A DNA stretch of 64,000 nt from Stylophora pistillata (Eukaryota): NCBI RefSeq assembly GCF_002571385.2, contig NW_019217822.1, positions 224,398 through 288,397 of the forward strand, in the 5' to 3' direction. The notes under the pieces were generated by a model that saw only the letters and a program-made list of their open reading frames with translations, was not told the DNA's origin and made no database searches. Shown piece after piece: positions 25,301 through 38,500 of the stretch (position 1 is the first letter of the stretch; the number at the start of each line of letters is the position of its first letter). Both the position numbers and the translations under genes were made by a program.

Positions 25301-28300
25301 TTGAACGGGAGGACGAGGAGGTAAGCGATATAACTGACATATCTTGTGGCATTTTGCCAATCGAGTGAAGAAAATGGAAAGAACTGAAAATCACGGATAA
25401 ACCAGTTTCCCACCGCACATTATTACGGTTAGGGAAATGTTCTCTTGCTATCTCCTCAGGGGTAAGTTACATTTAGACTCGCTCTAGTTTTCTTGCACAT
25501 AAACTTCACCGCACTAGCGAGAGAAATTAGGTGGATACAAACTACCTGCACGGGAGGAAATATTCTTCACATCACGCTTATTATAAGCGCATCAATGACA
25601 AAAAAATCATGGAGAGCGAGAACCTGTTACAGCTCCAATCTGAACCATCTTGTTTATTTGTTTATTTTTGTTTGCTTGCCCTTTTAGATCGTCAACAGTT
25701 ATCTTGCTTGGGGTAGTATAGCCATTCATCATGCCGAGGTAAGTAATAGTAACAGCTTTCTGCGTCTGGGGCGAAGGACGAGGTCGAGAAGAGAAACACG
25801 GGGAACTGGGTTGAGTAACAGGGCACGGCCCGCCCTTCTTCCCTCCAAAGATTCTCCTGGGTTACCGTTTTCTAGCTAAATTATGAATAATTTTCGTCAA
25901 TAACATAGACCAGCCATGCAAAACTGAGTCATATTAAGATTTTGAGCGGCTTCTCTGTTGATGTTATTGTTTTCAGAGCTCTTTGGTTTTGTGAAATATG
26001 TAAAATGCAAAAAGCTTAACGTATTAGTCGTAAAGCTTACAGACGCTGCTTCTAAAAATCTACCAATAATTTTTCGTTTGTTATCCCCTCTAGATTTCTA
26101 AACAAATGCAAAGGCAAAAAGATCTAAACAGTTTCCTGCTGAATGTTGTAAGGTAAGAGTCTAAAAGTAAGTATTTATGATACAAAATGTCTGCCGATAT
26201 TCACGAAATGATACTGAAAAACTTCACAAGAATTTTATCACTGAAGATCACTTTATGAGAATCTAGGCCCGTCGTGTGATCATGCGATCTCATTTGTAGG
26301 TCGACGAGATACCACGAGCCCTCAACTAGCACAAGTTCATGAAATTCAATTCAAGAAGAACGAGATTTTGGGTTTTGTGTATTAATCACTCATGGTAACT
26401 TTCCTGGAACGTTTACGAAAATATTTTACCTTAAAGAGATCGGCAAAAGAAGATCTAAAGTCGCCCCTTTAATTAAAAGCAAATATCCTTTCACAAGGTA
26501 TTTACTAATGTGTGACGTTTGACTATTTTATCTTTCAGATCTATTTTTGACGAAGTCAATACTATGGATGTGGTAATCGAAAAAATTATGGTTAGTGTAT
26601 ACTAGAGAGATCTTCCGAAAGCCACTTGCTTTCCGCCCCTATAAGGACCGAGAAAGAAAGAGCGCATTCCATTTCCTTTTGTCTTATGTCTTTTGTAACT
26701 GCTGTTTCTATCACATGCAGGCTTTTGCCAAGAGTTTGGTAAATGCTGATCGCTGTGCACTCTTCATGGTGGACTCCAAATCAAATGAGTTGTACGCCAA
26801 TCTGTTTGACGATGGAGACGAGGATGGCTCTGGATACAAATTTAGAAACGGAGCAGAAATAAGGTATAAAAACAAACTGAGGAAAATTAATGAGACAAAA
26901 AGAGACGGAAAAAGAATCCTGAAAGCTTTTTTTTTTTAATGTAACTTCTTTTATTCTAGTGCACTTTTGAGAATCTTTTCATAAGTTCGCTATCATGCAT
27001 GTACCCGTCAAAATATTATTTACTCCATTCATTTGTAATCACTGAGATTCCCTGACAGAGAACAAATTTTTTTTTAATTTGTTCGCTGCTAATTGTAGAC
27101 TTAGTTGGTAGTAGCGCCATCAATATCTACGAATCCAATGTTTGAATAAAACGGGTAAATTTCTAAAGAAAATGTGATGCTCTGTTGGTGTGGAAGTATA
27201 ACAAGATAATTTGGTTTTATCAACTGAGTTGATAATGGGAATTACATTTGCCACCGTAAATAGTGTCTAACACTTCATAAGAGCTAAATAACCTGGGTTT
27301 GACTTGGTTTGAATAGCGAAGCGCAAAAAAAGAGAGAGGTTTGGGTCGAGTCACGACTAGACCTAAACCTCCCTTGACTTTTCACTCCTTAGCTTTTATG
27401 GCTCCGTTTACTATCGTGCTTCGTCTTTTACCTGGACTATTATACGGTTTGAATCCTGTTGAAGCTCGAGTTCAGGCTTAATTGCAGTTCAGCTGTGAGT
27501 ATAATCTCTTCGCTAATCTTTTATGCTTGTTTTCAAATTCAATTTTCTAGATTTCCTATCAATAAAGGCATCGCCGGCTTCGTTGCTAGTACATCAGAAA
27601 CCCTGAACATCAGCGACCCGTACCGTGATACGAGATTCAATCGAGAAGTGGACATGAAGACGGGCTACATAACAAAGTCCATTCTGTGTGTGCCTGTTAG
27701 TTGCAAAGGAAGGCAAGAAAGTCTTAACTTGGTCGTTTTTGGGAGTAAATACAAATCTAAAAGCCTCAAACTAGAGAAGAGTTGGAACAAGACTTAATTA
27801 CTACCATAAGCAGAAAAGGAGATCCAAAAGAAATCCCATCCCCTGATTTTCTAATCCCATGTATCCCGAAGAGAGGCGAATGTAGCGTAAGTTGGTGCAA
27901 TAACTTCCTGCAAAAGTTTAGTATCTTATTCAATTGTTTTCTTCTTTCCATAGTGTCATTGGTGTCGTCCAGATGGTAAATAATAGAAAAGGATTTTTCT
28001 CAAATGAAGGTAAATTAAATTGTGTGCTTACCTATTAGGGAAAACAGCTTGGCTCTAAAAAACTAAAACTTACACAGTACGAAGGATATCGCAGACAAGC
28101 AAATAAAGTCTAATTGTTGTGATTATATGACACATACAGCACTGCGCGCTTTTATTAAAGAGCATATAAAGATTCCCTCGTAAGGGCTGTGCGTTAATGC
28201 ACACGACTCTACCTACGGACCTGCAACATGAACAAGGGAAGAATGCCTATTTACTGAGAAAGAGCAGGCAGGCCACGCTAGAATTTATTTGGCTCTCGCC

Positions 28301-30437
28301 CATGCTTACAGACCGTGTTGCGCTTCGTCCGTTTATCATGACCTCAAGGCAAACAATTTTACAGCCGGTCCTCCCTCACAGTTACATGTACAAAATTATT
28401 GTCTCCTCCCTCTTTCACGCATATAGAGTCCATCTTTATCTGTGATTTGTATTTAGATGCGCACGCATTTGAATTGTTTGCTGGTTATTGTGGGTTGGCT
28501 CTGCATTACAGTCAGGTGAGTCGTATTGACTTTCATTTTTTCATTGAATCCCATCTCTGAAGTGACTGGATCCGATCTAAGAGCTTACCCTGCGGGGAGA
28601 ACTGTTTTTGGCCTAGCTTACCTTGCCTTGACCTCAGTAAAACTACTTAGTTTCATTGTAATTGACTGAGTAAGTGTCCCACTTAGCAAAACAACACAAT
28701 GATCCTGGCAGCAGAGGCAGGGCTCGTTCTTAGAACTGTCGATCTGGATTCCAACTCTACTCCACCGGCGGTAACTACCCCCTTTAGCCCCCTTTGCCCC
28801 TCCCAAGAGTTTTCAAGTTTCCCCATCAGTTCTCCTGAAAGTTCAGACTGGAGAGGGGCGCCAATTAGAGCCATTGGGTGCACGTCTACTGCAAACTTCC
28901 CCACATCAACAAAAACATTTTACTTGTTGATACCAGATGTATAGTGAGCTGTTCAAAGGGCAACAGAAGCACCAAGTGGCATTGGAAGTTCTTACATATC
29001 ACTGCTGTGTACCAGCGAGAGAAACTGAACTATGGCTGGCCTCCGCGACCTCCTACAATTTGCCAAATGATTTTTATAGGTACTTCGACAAATAATTTCT
29101 TGTCTTTAGTTGATAAATGCTAACAGCTATGGTTAGTTTTGAAATCGTGGTTCTTATTGATAATTTCCATGCATGACTCAATGATACCTTTTTTAAAAAA
29201 AGAGGCATAGTGTGAAATAACCTAAACACTTTTCGCATATCTTACTCTTCTCTCTTGACTGTTTTTTTTTTTTTGTGATTTCGTAGATATTTTTGAGTAC
29301 ATATTTAGCATTTCCTCTAGATTTAAGACATTCTCTTACCAGAGTTTTTCATTACATCTCTCTAACAACTGAATCCCTCTCGCAACCTCCTCAGCAAACA
29401 GAAATAAAAATGCCCTTCACGCCACTCGGGATAAAGACCCAAAGACTGATGTGTAAGAAACTGCGGTGTAGATAACGCACGCAAAGAGGAGTCTCTTTCT
29501 TTCGCAGCTGAAACAGACATTTACCTTTCTTCTTCCTCTTTCAGCTATGAATTCAACTTATATCAAAGGGATGACGAATTAACAAACTATTTTATTCTTA
29601 TGACCAACGACTTCTTCCAGGAGTGTAAAGTCAGGTAACAAACTAACGAAGTACGGGTGTACTCTGTAGGCTCAGTAAAGATTACGAGTGAGATCTTAGG
29701 GTGTATTATAGGAGCAGAAAGCTGTATTGTTACGTAAAGTGTAACCAGGTCTAACCAATATAATAAAGGGGATAAGTTTCTAAAGAAACTGAGGTGCTGG
29801 GTCAATAGGGGGAATAGAAAGATAATTTGGTTTTATCAAATGAGTCGTTAATGTAAAAATTATGTAACGTGTACTTCCCGTATCGTGTTCCTCGAATTTT
29901 TTTTTGGACAAAGTTCTCGTCTTAGGACTTTTACCTCGAGACTTCCCGAAAACTCCAGAACCAGTAGTTACCTAAAAGCAACAGGAAAATGATTACCTAA
30001 AGAACACTGCCGGTATCAAAGCTATCATGATCAGTCTTATCCTTTCCTGGCCTTCGTGATCAAAGCCCTCCGTGTGCATGTATACAAATGTCTAAATGGA
30101 CTCATAAATCACGAATTGACTTTAGTAACACATCAACATCTATATAATTATAACACTAGAAATAAAGTCAATCTTAGACTCCCTGTGTTAAAAGGAATTG
30201 GGGAAAACAAAGATTTGCTTATCACGCTGTAAATGATTTTAATTCTCTCAGCGAGATAATACGAGACTCTGCCAATGTAAATATTTTTAAACGACAGGTT
30301 TGTAATTTTTAATTTAAGTGTTTATAAATTTTATACTCACAGTCTTCCCAGATATAATTTATTAGTTCTTAATCTTAATTTTCGAGGTCCTTTTCGAAAA
30401 CCACATGCATGTACGTGAAAAAGTTTCCTCAATAAAG

Positions 30438-30474
<37 letters not shown>

Positions 30475-33400
30475 TTAAAACTGACTCAGGCTAGCAATTT
30501 GCTTTCTAGATTTGTATATAATGATTCCAGCTATCTTTCTAGACTTGATATGGAGACACTCATTCGTTTTACCTTGACTGTGAGAAAAGGTTACCGTACT
30601 GTGGCATACCACAACTGGGGGCATGCATTTGCTGTAGCTCACAGCATGTGCGTTATCATGAAAATGGCCTCCGAGGTGTTTACTTGGGAAGAGGTATTTT
30701 GTTTTATAATTATAAGTTTTGTGGAGGTTACAAGTTAGTCTTTTTTGTAAGTTCTTATTAAAATTTTTTTATTTTCCTTCGTTCATGAGACATCTGATCT
30801 GTCTGCTGACCCGAATGTGGGTTAACGATGACAATAAATATATCTTATTAACAAAGCGCGAGGGCCTTACTGGGAGAATATCGGCCTGAGGTCTTTAGAG
30901 TTCGGACCTCGCTGCACTCGGTCCTTACAAAAAAGACCGAGGGCCGATATTCTTCCAATACGGTCCCGAGCAAGCTTGGTTAATAAGAGATTTATTATAC
31001 GACTGAAGTTCAAAGGGACACAGGTGCGGTATCGTTCGGGACCATTCGGGACAGTGCCCGGTCCAATACTTAGAGAATACTGGACCGGCAATAGAGTATT
31101 TTGATTGGTTGATTTTTTAGTTATTGGCCCTCTGACTGCCCGAGTCGTGTAATAAAACGTAATAAAATGAATGGAAAGTGATAACTGTTACATCTCATTT
31201 CATCCCAGAAAATCGCTTTGTATCTTGCGAGTATTTTACACGACATCGATCATCGTGGATACAACAACGCCTTTATGATCAAAAACAAATCCCCGCTGAG
31301 TCATCTCTACTCAACCTCAACCTTGGAAAGGCATCATTTTAAACAAGGAGTCTTCATCTTAGAGGTGAGCGAAATTTCAGTTCCCTTTGATGAATATTGC
31401 CAGGGCAAAGAGCTGTTATCCATTCGAACAAACAACTGATGCTGGTATTGGTTTTAGGTGGTTGCAAGACAAAATATTGGGGAAAAAAGTGGGTATTATT
31501 TCTAACTCTAAACATATTTCATTCGGAGATTCGTTTGCCTAGTGATTGGCGCACTCTGTTTGGAAGGTCAGGGTTTGAACCTTTGTCAGAGTTTGCGTCA
31601 GAGTTCGTGGGTTCTTCAACAAGAAACTTTAAACTCATTTTATCTCCCCACAACCAGGAGAAGCTGTCGAGTAAACCAAAACAAATTCCCAGACTAGTAT
31701 CGAGTTAAGTAAGGGGGATCGGGATATAACTGGTGCTTCGTGCTACTGGAATCGAGCTTTGATGCCACTGCGATTGAATTGCAACCGCATACACACCTAA
31801 CCTCTTTGGATAATCGCATACTAATTCAGTGCAAGTTTCCAAACAGAAATTTGTTACCCAGTCAACTTGATAATGTATTGCACCATCATATAGATAATGC
31901 TGAGCTTAAGCTTATCTTTTGTCCAGCCAAAATCTAAGTCATCTGAGCTGTTTATATCCATGGTATGGTAATTTTATTGCGTAGTGTCACTTTTAAATCT
32001 CACAAATCTTAATTCTATCGACAGACAGACGGTCATAATGTTTTAAACGCACTCTCCACGAAGCAGTACAAGTATACGTTGGAACTTATGGAAGACGCGA
32101 TCTTGGCAACGGACTTAATGCTGTTTTTCGATAACAGAGCAAAACTCGACGACATTATCAAGAATGGGAAATTCTCTTGGAGTATACCAGATCACAAGTA
32201 TTGTTGCTAATTATGGAAAATTATATCTTATTTATTTGTACGTGGTGTTTTTTTTTGAAAAGCATTGTGCTCTTATCTTCATGTACGCTTACACTGACTG
32301 TCATTTCAGGCGGCTTGTTCGAAGGCTGTTGATGACCGCGTGTGACTTGTGTACCTCTGCCAAACCATGGTACATTCACATCACGTCAGTCAAGAAAGTG
32401 TTTGAAGAATTCTATCTGCAAGTGAGTTTCTTTGCAAACCAGTTCTGTTTGTAATCAGAGCCCACGATTGCTTGCCTGAGGTTATAAAATAGGTAGAATT
32501 GCTGGCTAGATCTGGAAGTTAAAGTATTAAATGCATTTTCTCGACAGGGAGATGAAGAAAAGCTCATGGGTCTGACTCCTGTGCCAATGATGGATCGAGC
32601 AAGGATGAGCGAACTTCCTGAAAATCAGGTAGGTTTTTGTGAACCATAAAAGCTGTATTCATTTAGTGTATTAGGACAAGTAACATCCTTTTTCTGGTTC
32701 AGGCATTGTGGTAGACTTTTTTCAAATCCATCGAACAGAACAAATGAATAAAAATTTGAATTATCACTTCTAAAATTGTAATAATTGGCGTCACGTTGAA
32801 ACCATTTCTATGGTTACCTCATTTAGGGTGAAAACAGTGGCTTGGCTTGGCTTGGTGAGGGTGTTAAATGATTCTCCTTGGTCAATACGATGGTAAAAGA
32901 GTGGTAAATTAATTTGAAGTTAATGACAAGCACCTGGGGAGAAGCATGTTCCTCCCGCACTCTTTTAAATGAGTCCAAGCGGGGGGGCTTTGGGATTTTC
33001 GGTTTTGCGGTTTTGACCGCTTTTTGGATCGGTTTTTCGGTGTTTGGGCCAAAAAGGTTCGGTTTTTCGGTTTTGATGTTCAGAGCGGTTTGCGAATTTT
33101 ACGTGTTTTTGCATTCGGTTTTCAGTTTTCACAAAAACTCTGTTGCAGTTTTCGGTTTTTCCTTTTTGACCCCTTTAAAGGTGAGGATGCAGCGATTTTA
33201 TCAGGTTTGCATGCGGTTTTCGGTTTTGCTGCCTTTTTTCGTGGGTTTTTCGGTTTTGGAGGTTTTTTCTCCGGTTTTGCGGTTTCCCAGAGGCCCCAAT
33301 GCCCCCTCGTCCAACCAAGAGCATCCTGAGAAAATCTGGGATTGAATTGCCACTTTTATTTACATTCGGTGGACTAAGGAGGCTAAAATATAGTTCACCT

Positions 33401-34144
33401 CAAACTTCTTCTTCATCATTTATTTCTTTAATTGGACAGGTCTCATTTCTCAAAGGCATCGTCAAACCCTGTTATTCAACGCTTATTAGTGTCCTTCCAA
33501 TGATGGAATCGATAATGGCCACTATTGAGTAAGTCGGAAAATTTGGCACCGGTGTATTGCCCACACCTGCCTGAGACATTTGCAAATAGATTGTGCGTTT
33601 TTCTATTTATTTGTTCGTCTATTCGTCGGTGCAACTGCTCATGTGCTCATCCGATCGTCTGTTATAAAGTTCGTCTGTTTGTCTGACCATCTGTTAGTCT
33701 GTTCTTCTGTTCGTGTCTTTGTCGGTTCGTTTGATCATCTCTTCGTGTGTTCGTGTGTTCGTGTGTTCGTGTGTTCGTGTGTTCCTCTTTTTCTCTGTTC
33801 CTCTTTTCCTCTGCTCCTCTGCTCCTCTGCTCCTCTGCTCCTCTGCTCCTCTGCTCCTCTGTTCCTCTGTTCCTCTGTTCCTCTGTTCCTCTCTTCCCCG
33901 TTTCTCTGTTCCTCTGTTCCTCTGTTCCTCTGTTCGCCTGTTCGTTGTTTTTCGTTTGACAATCATTTATAATTAAGCGTGACTTTTGTACTTTATATGA
34001 GATATTGTTCTCTTTTCCAGTTTAAATTTGACCTCATGGGAAAATCGTATAATACAAAAACAGATGCAGCCGCTTAGTCCCGGAGGACTTCAAGTGCCTG
34101 ATGGAACAGACTTGAGGGAGTCTGCGTCTTTTTTTGATTATTAA
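19304..34144 (+). CDS. PDE10A: cAMP/cGMP phosphodiesterase 10A (GAF-A, GAF-B, PDEase_I), 26 exons, ~821 aa
   Basis: Exons: 19304-19445, 21290-21442, 21898-21926, 22331-22442, 22818-22867, 23241-23272, 23408-23501, 23998-24031, 24666-24725, 25262-25320, 25688-25738, 26094-26152, 26539-26590, 26721-26863, 27551-27712, 27954-28009, 28457-28515, 28937-29079, 29545-29634, 30543-30693, 31209-31364, 32025-32197, 32310-32421, 32548-32628, 33440-33528, 34021-34144. Motifs: [64 protein letters not shown]. Confidence 0.93.
21965..22237. mobile_element. MITE with GGCGGATCC-type TIRs and an internal insert
   Basis: Ends cattggcggatcc and agatccgccactg; related to 38141-38312. Confidence 0.6.
27165..27262. 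repeat. Fragment of the palindromic hammerhead-element family
   Basis: ataatttggttttatcaactgagttga..gccaccgtaa resembles 56256-56305. Confidence 0.5.
30070..30472 (+). mobile_element. 5'-truncated LINE (CR1/L2-group) 3' end
   Basis: Frameshifted ORF2 C-terminus [22 protein letters not shown] / [27 protein letters not shown], followed by AATAAA and an (ATT)n tail. Confidence 0.75.
30840..31000. mobile_element. Palindromic MITE-like element
   Basis: Arms tcttattaac..aatatcggcc and ggccgatatt..gttaataaga. Confidence 0.65.
32979..33308. mobile_element. MITE, (CGGTTTT)-rich, G-run/C-run ends, flanked by a gtccaa direct repeat
   Basis: gtccaa-gcggggggg ... gccccctc-gtccaa. Confidence 0.65.
33742..33940. 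repeat. 8-bp-unit minisatellite (TCGTGTGT, TCCTCTGC and TCCTCTGT units)
   Basis: Read directly; it explains the spurious ORFs at 33580-33976. Confidence 0.9.
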
Positions 34145-35528
34145 TTATTAATTTATTTCTGGCACTTTTCATATCATAATTATTTGTTGATAAAATACCA
34201 ACAAAATATCAGAGAGAAGATTTGAGGCTTTTCATGGTTCTTGTTTTGTTTTCGTCTTATCATTTGATTTTTTTTTAACTCATGTTCAATTACCGATGTA
34301 CTTTGTAAATGTTGGAGTTATTTAGCAATCTTACAACTGTTATATATTTGATAATATTAGCTTTTCATGACACCTTCTGTTGTTTTTCTATATTTGTTCT
34401 TAACAAGTTATCCTAAGTTCATTCAGTTGCACTTCAAATAACTTAACTTTCCTATTTTGATTTCCTTCCTGAAAACGACTCCAAGGTTTCAATTTCGCTA
34501 TCTGCTAGTTTATTTGACGAATCCTAAAAACCATGGTAAAATTGCAAAGAAGGCGTTACAATAATCTGAATCATTTTTCAGACGAAAGACAATATTCGAC
34601 AGGTCTGAACAGAAATTACGCAAAATTTTATATTCATATTACATTAAGCTCGACGAATTCAATTTATCTTGATGAAAAATGAAAAATGGATTAAGCAAGC
34701 ATCTTTAGTACAACTGACATGATCCACGAAGGAAATGTCCTTTTTTTATAAACCGTTGTAAATAAACTTAGTTTTGTTGTGCCAAACGGGGAAAATAAAA
34801 CCAAATTTTGAAACAAAGCAGTTGCATTGAAGAAAGTTTTATTGATCGCAGAGTTTTTAACCACCCAACAACTCGCACATATATTTTTCAGCTCGTAGTT
34901 GGGAATTTCCTCCAAAATTTGCTTCCCTTTTGTTGCGGGGAGGGTGAACTGAAAAAATGACGATTAATTTAGTTAAAAAGGGGGCCATGGTTACTGATCT
35001 CATGTCGAATTAACCTTCTACAGGATTGGATCAAGAAACTCAGGTATCCCTCTACACGATTAATTGTTAACCTTAAAAAAAAACAAATAAACAAAAGAAC
35101 AGACAACACATGGGGACATTGGGATGATTTATCTGTGTTTATTGAAGTAGAGTATAGTATTTAACAAGTGCCTTTCAAAAAATTCTCTATTGCGTATGCT
35201 GTATTTTGATGTACCTGTTTAACAAAAAGTTCAGTCAAGCAGCTGACAATCTACAGATCCTGAAAATGCATTTTGTTTTTTCGTATATTCCTAGACCGGA
35301 ATATACGAAAATTCCGTGCTTATCATGCTTATACGTGCTTCAAAGGATCGACTCTAAATCTATGTAATTGCTAGCCTATCCATTTAAAGCTGATAAGCTT
35401 CATCAAGGTACTCATTATATCAAAACATAAAAAGAAAAACATAGGAAGAAAGACGTGCAATTCGTAAAGAATAAAAAAACCAAACACATAACCTGTGACA
35501 AAATTAAAAGTGCTGTATGAAAGTACGC

Positions 35529-38500
35529 TTAATTAAGTCTCTTCCCTCCCGGCCCCTTATTTTTAGGCCTCTTTTTAGGCCTCTTTTCAGGCCCCTTTGC
35601 TGGGTTCACCACAACATTCTCAAGACCATTGTTTTTAATAATATGAGAGATTACCAGGGTTCCTCTCACAATGTCGAGTGTATACTCGCCCACAGCTATG
35701 CGGGCTCTAACCTCGTTCTTCTGTTCCATGAGGGACGTAACACGCTTGATCAGTTCTAAAAAGGGAAAATTTACTTTTAGTTGAGCCCTAACTACATATA
35801 CAGTGGTTACCTTTGGGTTTTTTTCCCACTTAGCACCACAACAATTTTGAAACAGAAACTGTTCTGCAAAAAGTTTTTTTTACAACGTACGGGAGCACAC
35901 TCCGCATGCCACATGCGATCGATTATTTCAATCAGGATTATGCTTTTGTTCTAGCTGTTTTTTCTTTTTTTTCCTTAAAAATACTCACGTTTTTACAAGT
36001 ATTAATGCAATCATAAGCATCCTCCACGTTACGGTTGACAATATATCCTAATTTGGTCATGTAGAAAATCGCAAAGCAAACATTGGGGCGCTTTAAGATT
36101 GAGTGCCATTAAACAAAACCAAAGTAATACAGCGTCCAATCAAAATGAAAGAAAATAACTTTAAGAGTCAATGAGAACTCGTGTAAATCTGACTGAAACA
36201 ACCAAGTCCTTAATGGTTTTATTAATGCAGCCGTGATTGGTTTGGAGAGTAGTGCGAGTCAAGTTCTGGACCAATCACACAGCGAATTAAAAACAAACAG
36301 ATCCCGGATCACTTTCGACTCTCAATTGAAAATCGCTTAAATAAACCAACAAGGACTAAGGGTGGAGAAGACTCAGATTGCAAATGACAAACGTGGAAGA
36401 ATTCTTCTGCTGAGACCTAAGATTTATCTCTTTTAAGTTGAAGCATTGCAAACAAAAATGAGTCAAATGAAAGATTTTTCATCTGGCTCTTTTGATTAAC
36501 TAATAATAATAATAACCAGTTACCTTCTTCATATCCTTTCGTAAGGCCGTGTATTATTCCCCAGTTGTAGTGAAGGATGATACCCTAAAAGAAACAAAGG
36601 TTTAAATTTTTTAGCATGCATTGATATGGATAGTTTTTAATGCAGAGACGGTGCTCGGTTTGGCAGCTGTTCAGGACCAGTCATCATTATTTGTCGGGTA
36701 AGGTAAGGTGGGACTGGGAGGGTTTTTTGGGGGATCACATGGTCCTTTAGCTAACTGCCACTAAGGGGGGGGGGGGGAAGGGAGGATGAGGAGGTCGTAA
36801 AATATTATAGAGCCTTATCAGACTAATCGGAGATCAGGTGAATCTAATCGTGGCCAAACCCAAATTCTCTAACTCAGGCAATAGATTATGACTGGTCTTT
36901 TATTCCTTTAAAAAAAAACTGCTCCCTCAAAAATGAAAAATTAAAATTTTCCACAGTATGCCTAATGATGCACGCTTCCATTGCAAACCTTGTATACAAA
37001 GTAATATTCCACACAGAGAGTCGTGGTATTCGCTTGGTATTTGATTCTTGCCACGGAAACTCGTTAAAACTCTAGCATTTAAGGGACTAAACAAATAGAA
37101 AGTTTATACGATCATGATGATTCCGATGAAACCGGACTCCGCGCTGATATTTTGACCAAATTCAAACTAAGTCTTTTCTTTGCTTTTAGAACCATGACGA
37201 TAATGGTTTCTGGTGTTCGTGTAAGAGCAAGTAACACGTTTTCATCTTGAATAATTCGTTAATCATAATATCACCAATGAGGATATGAGTAAATACTGGC
37301 TAAATTTACGTCTGAAATGATAACTCCTATTAGGAAGATAGACTAAAGATACGACTACTTACTTTTATGATCAAGTCCGTATATTTCTTATAGAGTTTCA
37401 CTAAAATAAATGAAATTCAGAAATTATTCCCTTATGATCAAATTAGTATAGGGATGGCGTACGTCGCAGAGATCGCTCGAATTCATCTACGTATGCAAAT
37501 TCAAAATTCTCCTTGCCAGGAAGAATTAACCCTTTCACTCTGAAGATTTCATTACAATAATAATTTCTCTTACTCTCTGCTATACAATTCTTAAGATGTT
37601 ACTTTGCTGAATTTGGTATATTGGATTAACAAATAATAGATATTTTTCTCTATTCTCGTCACTTGTCTGCTTGATGCTGTATTGATGTTGTAAGGCAGAA
37701 ATCTTGCTGACTCGTGGAAGTTTAAGTTTTTCTTTTTTTAAGTTTTTCAGTAGCCATCCACCTTACCCCTGTAAGAAGTGAATAAAGAGATAATGTGGCT
37801 GAGAGCGTTTGGTTTTAATAGAGATGCACACCTTCGATGCAGTTTCCTTCAGCGGAATTCTCAAACACCAAATCAATGATTCTTTTTCTGTCGTTACCAA
37901 CTTCAGATGGTGCCGAATCCCGTTTGACATGTTTAAGGAGTTCTTCCAGTGTATCTGAAAACGTTGAGAAACATTCAAGAGATGTCTTAACTGCATGGCC
38001 TCGTAATGGATAAGGGATTCTAGCGCTATCCGGACAGGTTTACAGAAATGAAATAAGGAAGGAAAGGTGCGTGAAATTCTTGCGTTTTACAAATTTTCAA
38101 GACTCGAACACCGCTGATCTTCCCCTTGTCTTGCCTGGAGTCTGGGGCGTATCCAGGGGTGGTTCGGGTGGTTCGGTGGAACCCCCCCTTAAATTTTCCT
38201 CAAAGTGCTGGAAATCATGTTTCCTGAGACCTAGTTTTCAAAATCTCACGGGGAAGCATGCCCTCGGACAATTCTCCGAACCCCACTTGACTAAATCCTG
38301 GATCCGCCCCAGGGAGTTTCTATGTTTCAAATAATGTTCCAGTCAGGTTGCTTAATTGTCTTTGATGAAAAATCAGGAAGGCAAGCTGAGTAGGCATTGT
38401 TTGGTTTACAAACAAAAAATACGTGCTTAAGCTTATTTAGTTCCTAAGGGGCCGATCATTTAACTTTTGAGGGAGTGGGTGATTTTGAAAAAAAATTTCC

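Noticed and set aside
32914-33345. 143-aa hydrophobic ORF (also the 156-aa ORF at 38815-39285)
   Set aside because: Both lie within the CGGTTTT/AAAACCG-rich MITE.
33580-33976. Several overlapping repetitive ORFs
   Set aside because: Translations of the 8-bp minisatellite inside a PDE10A intron.
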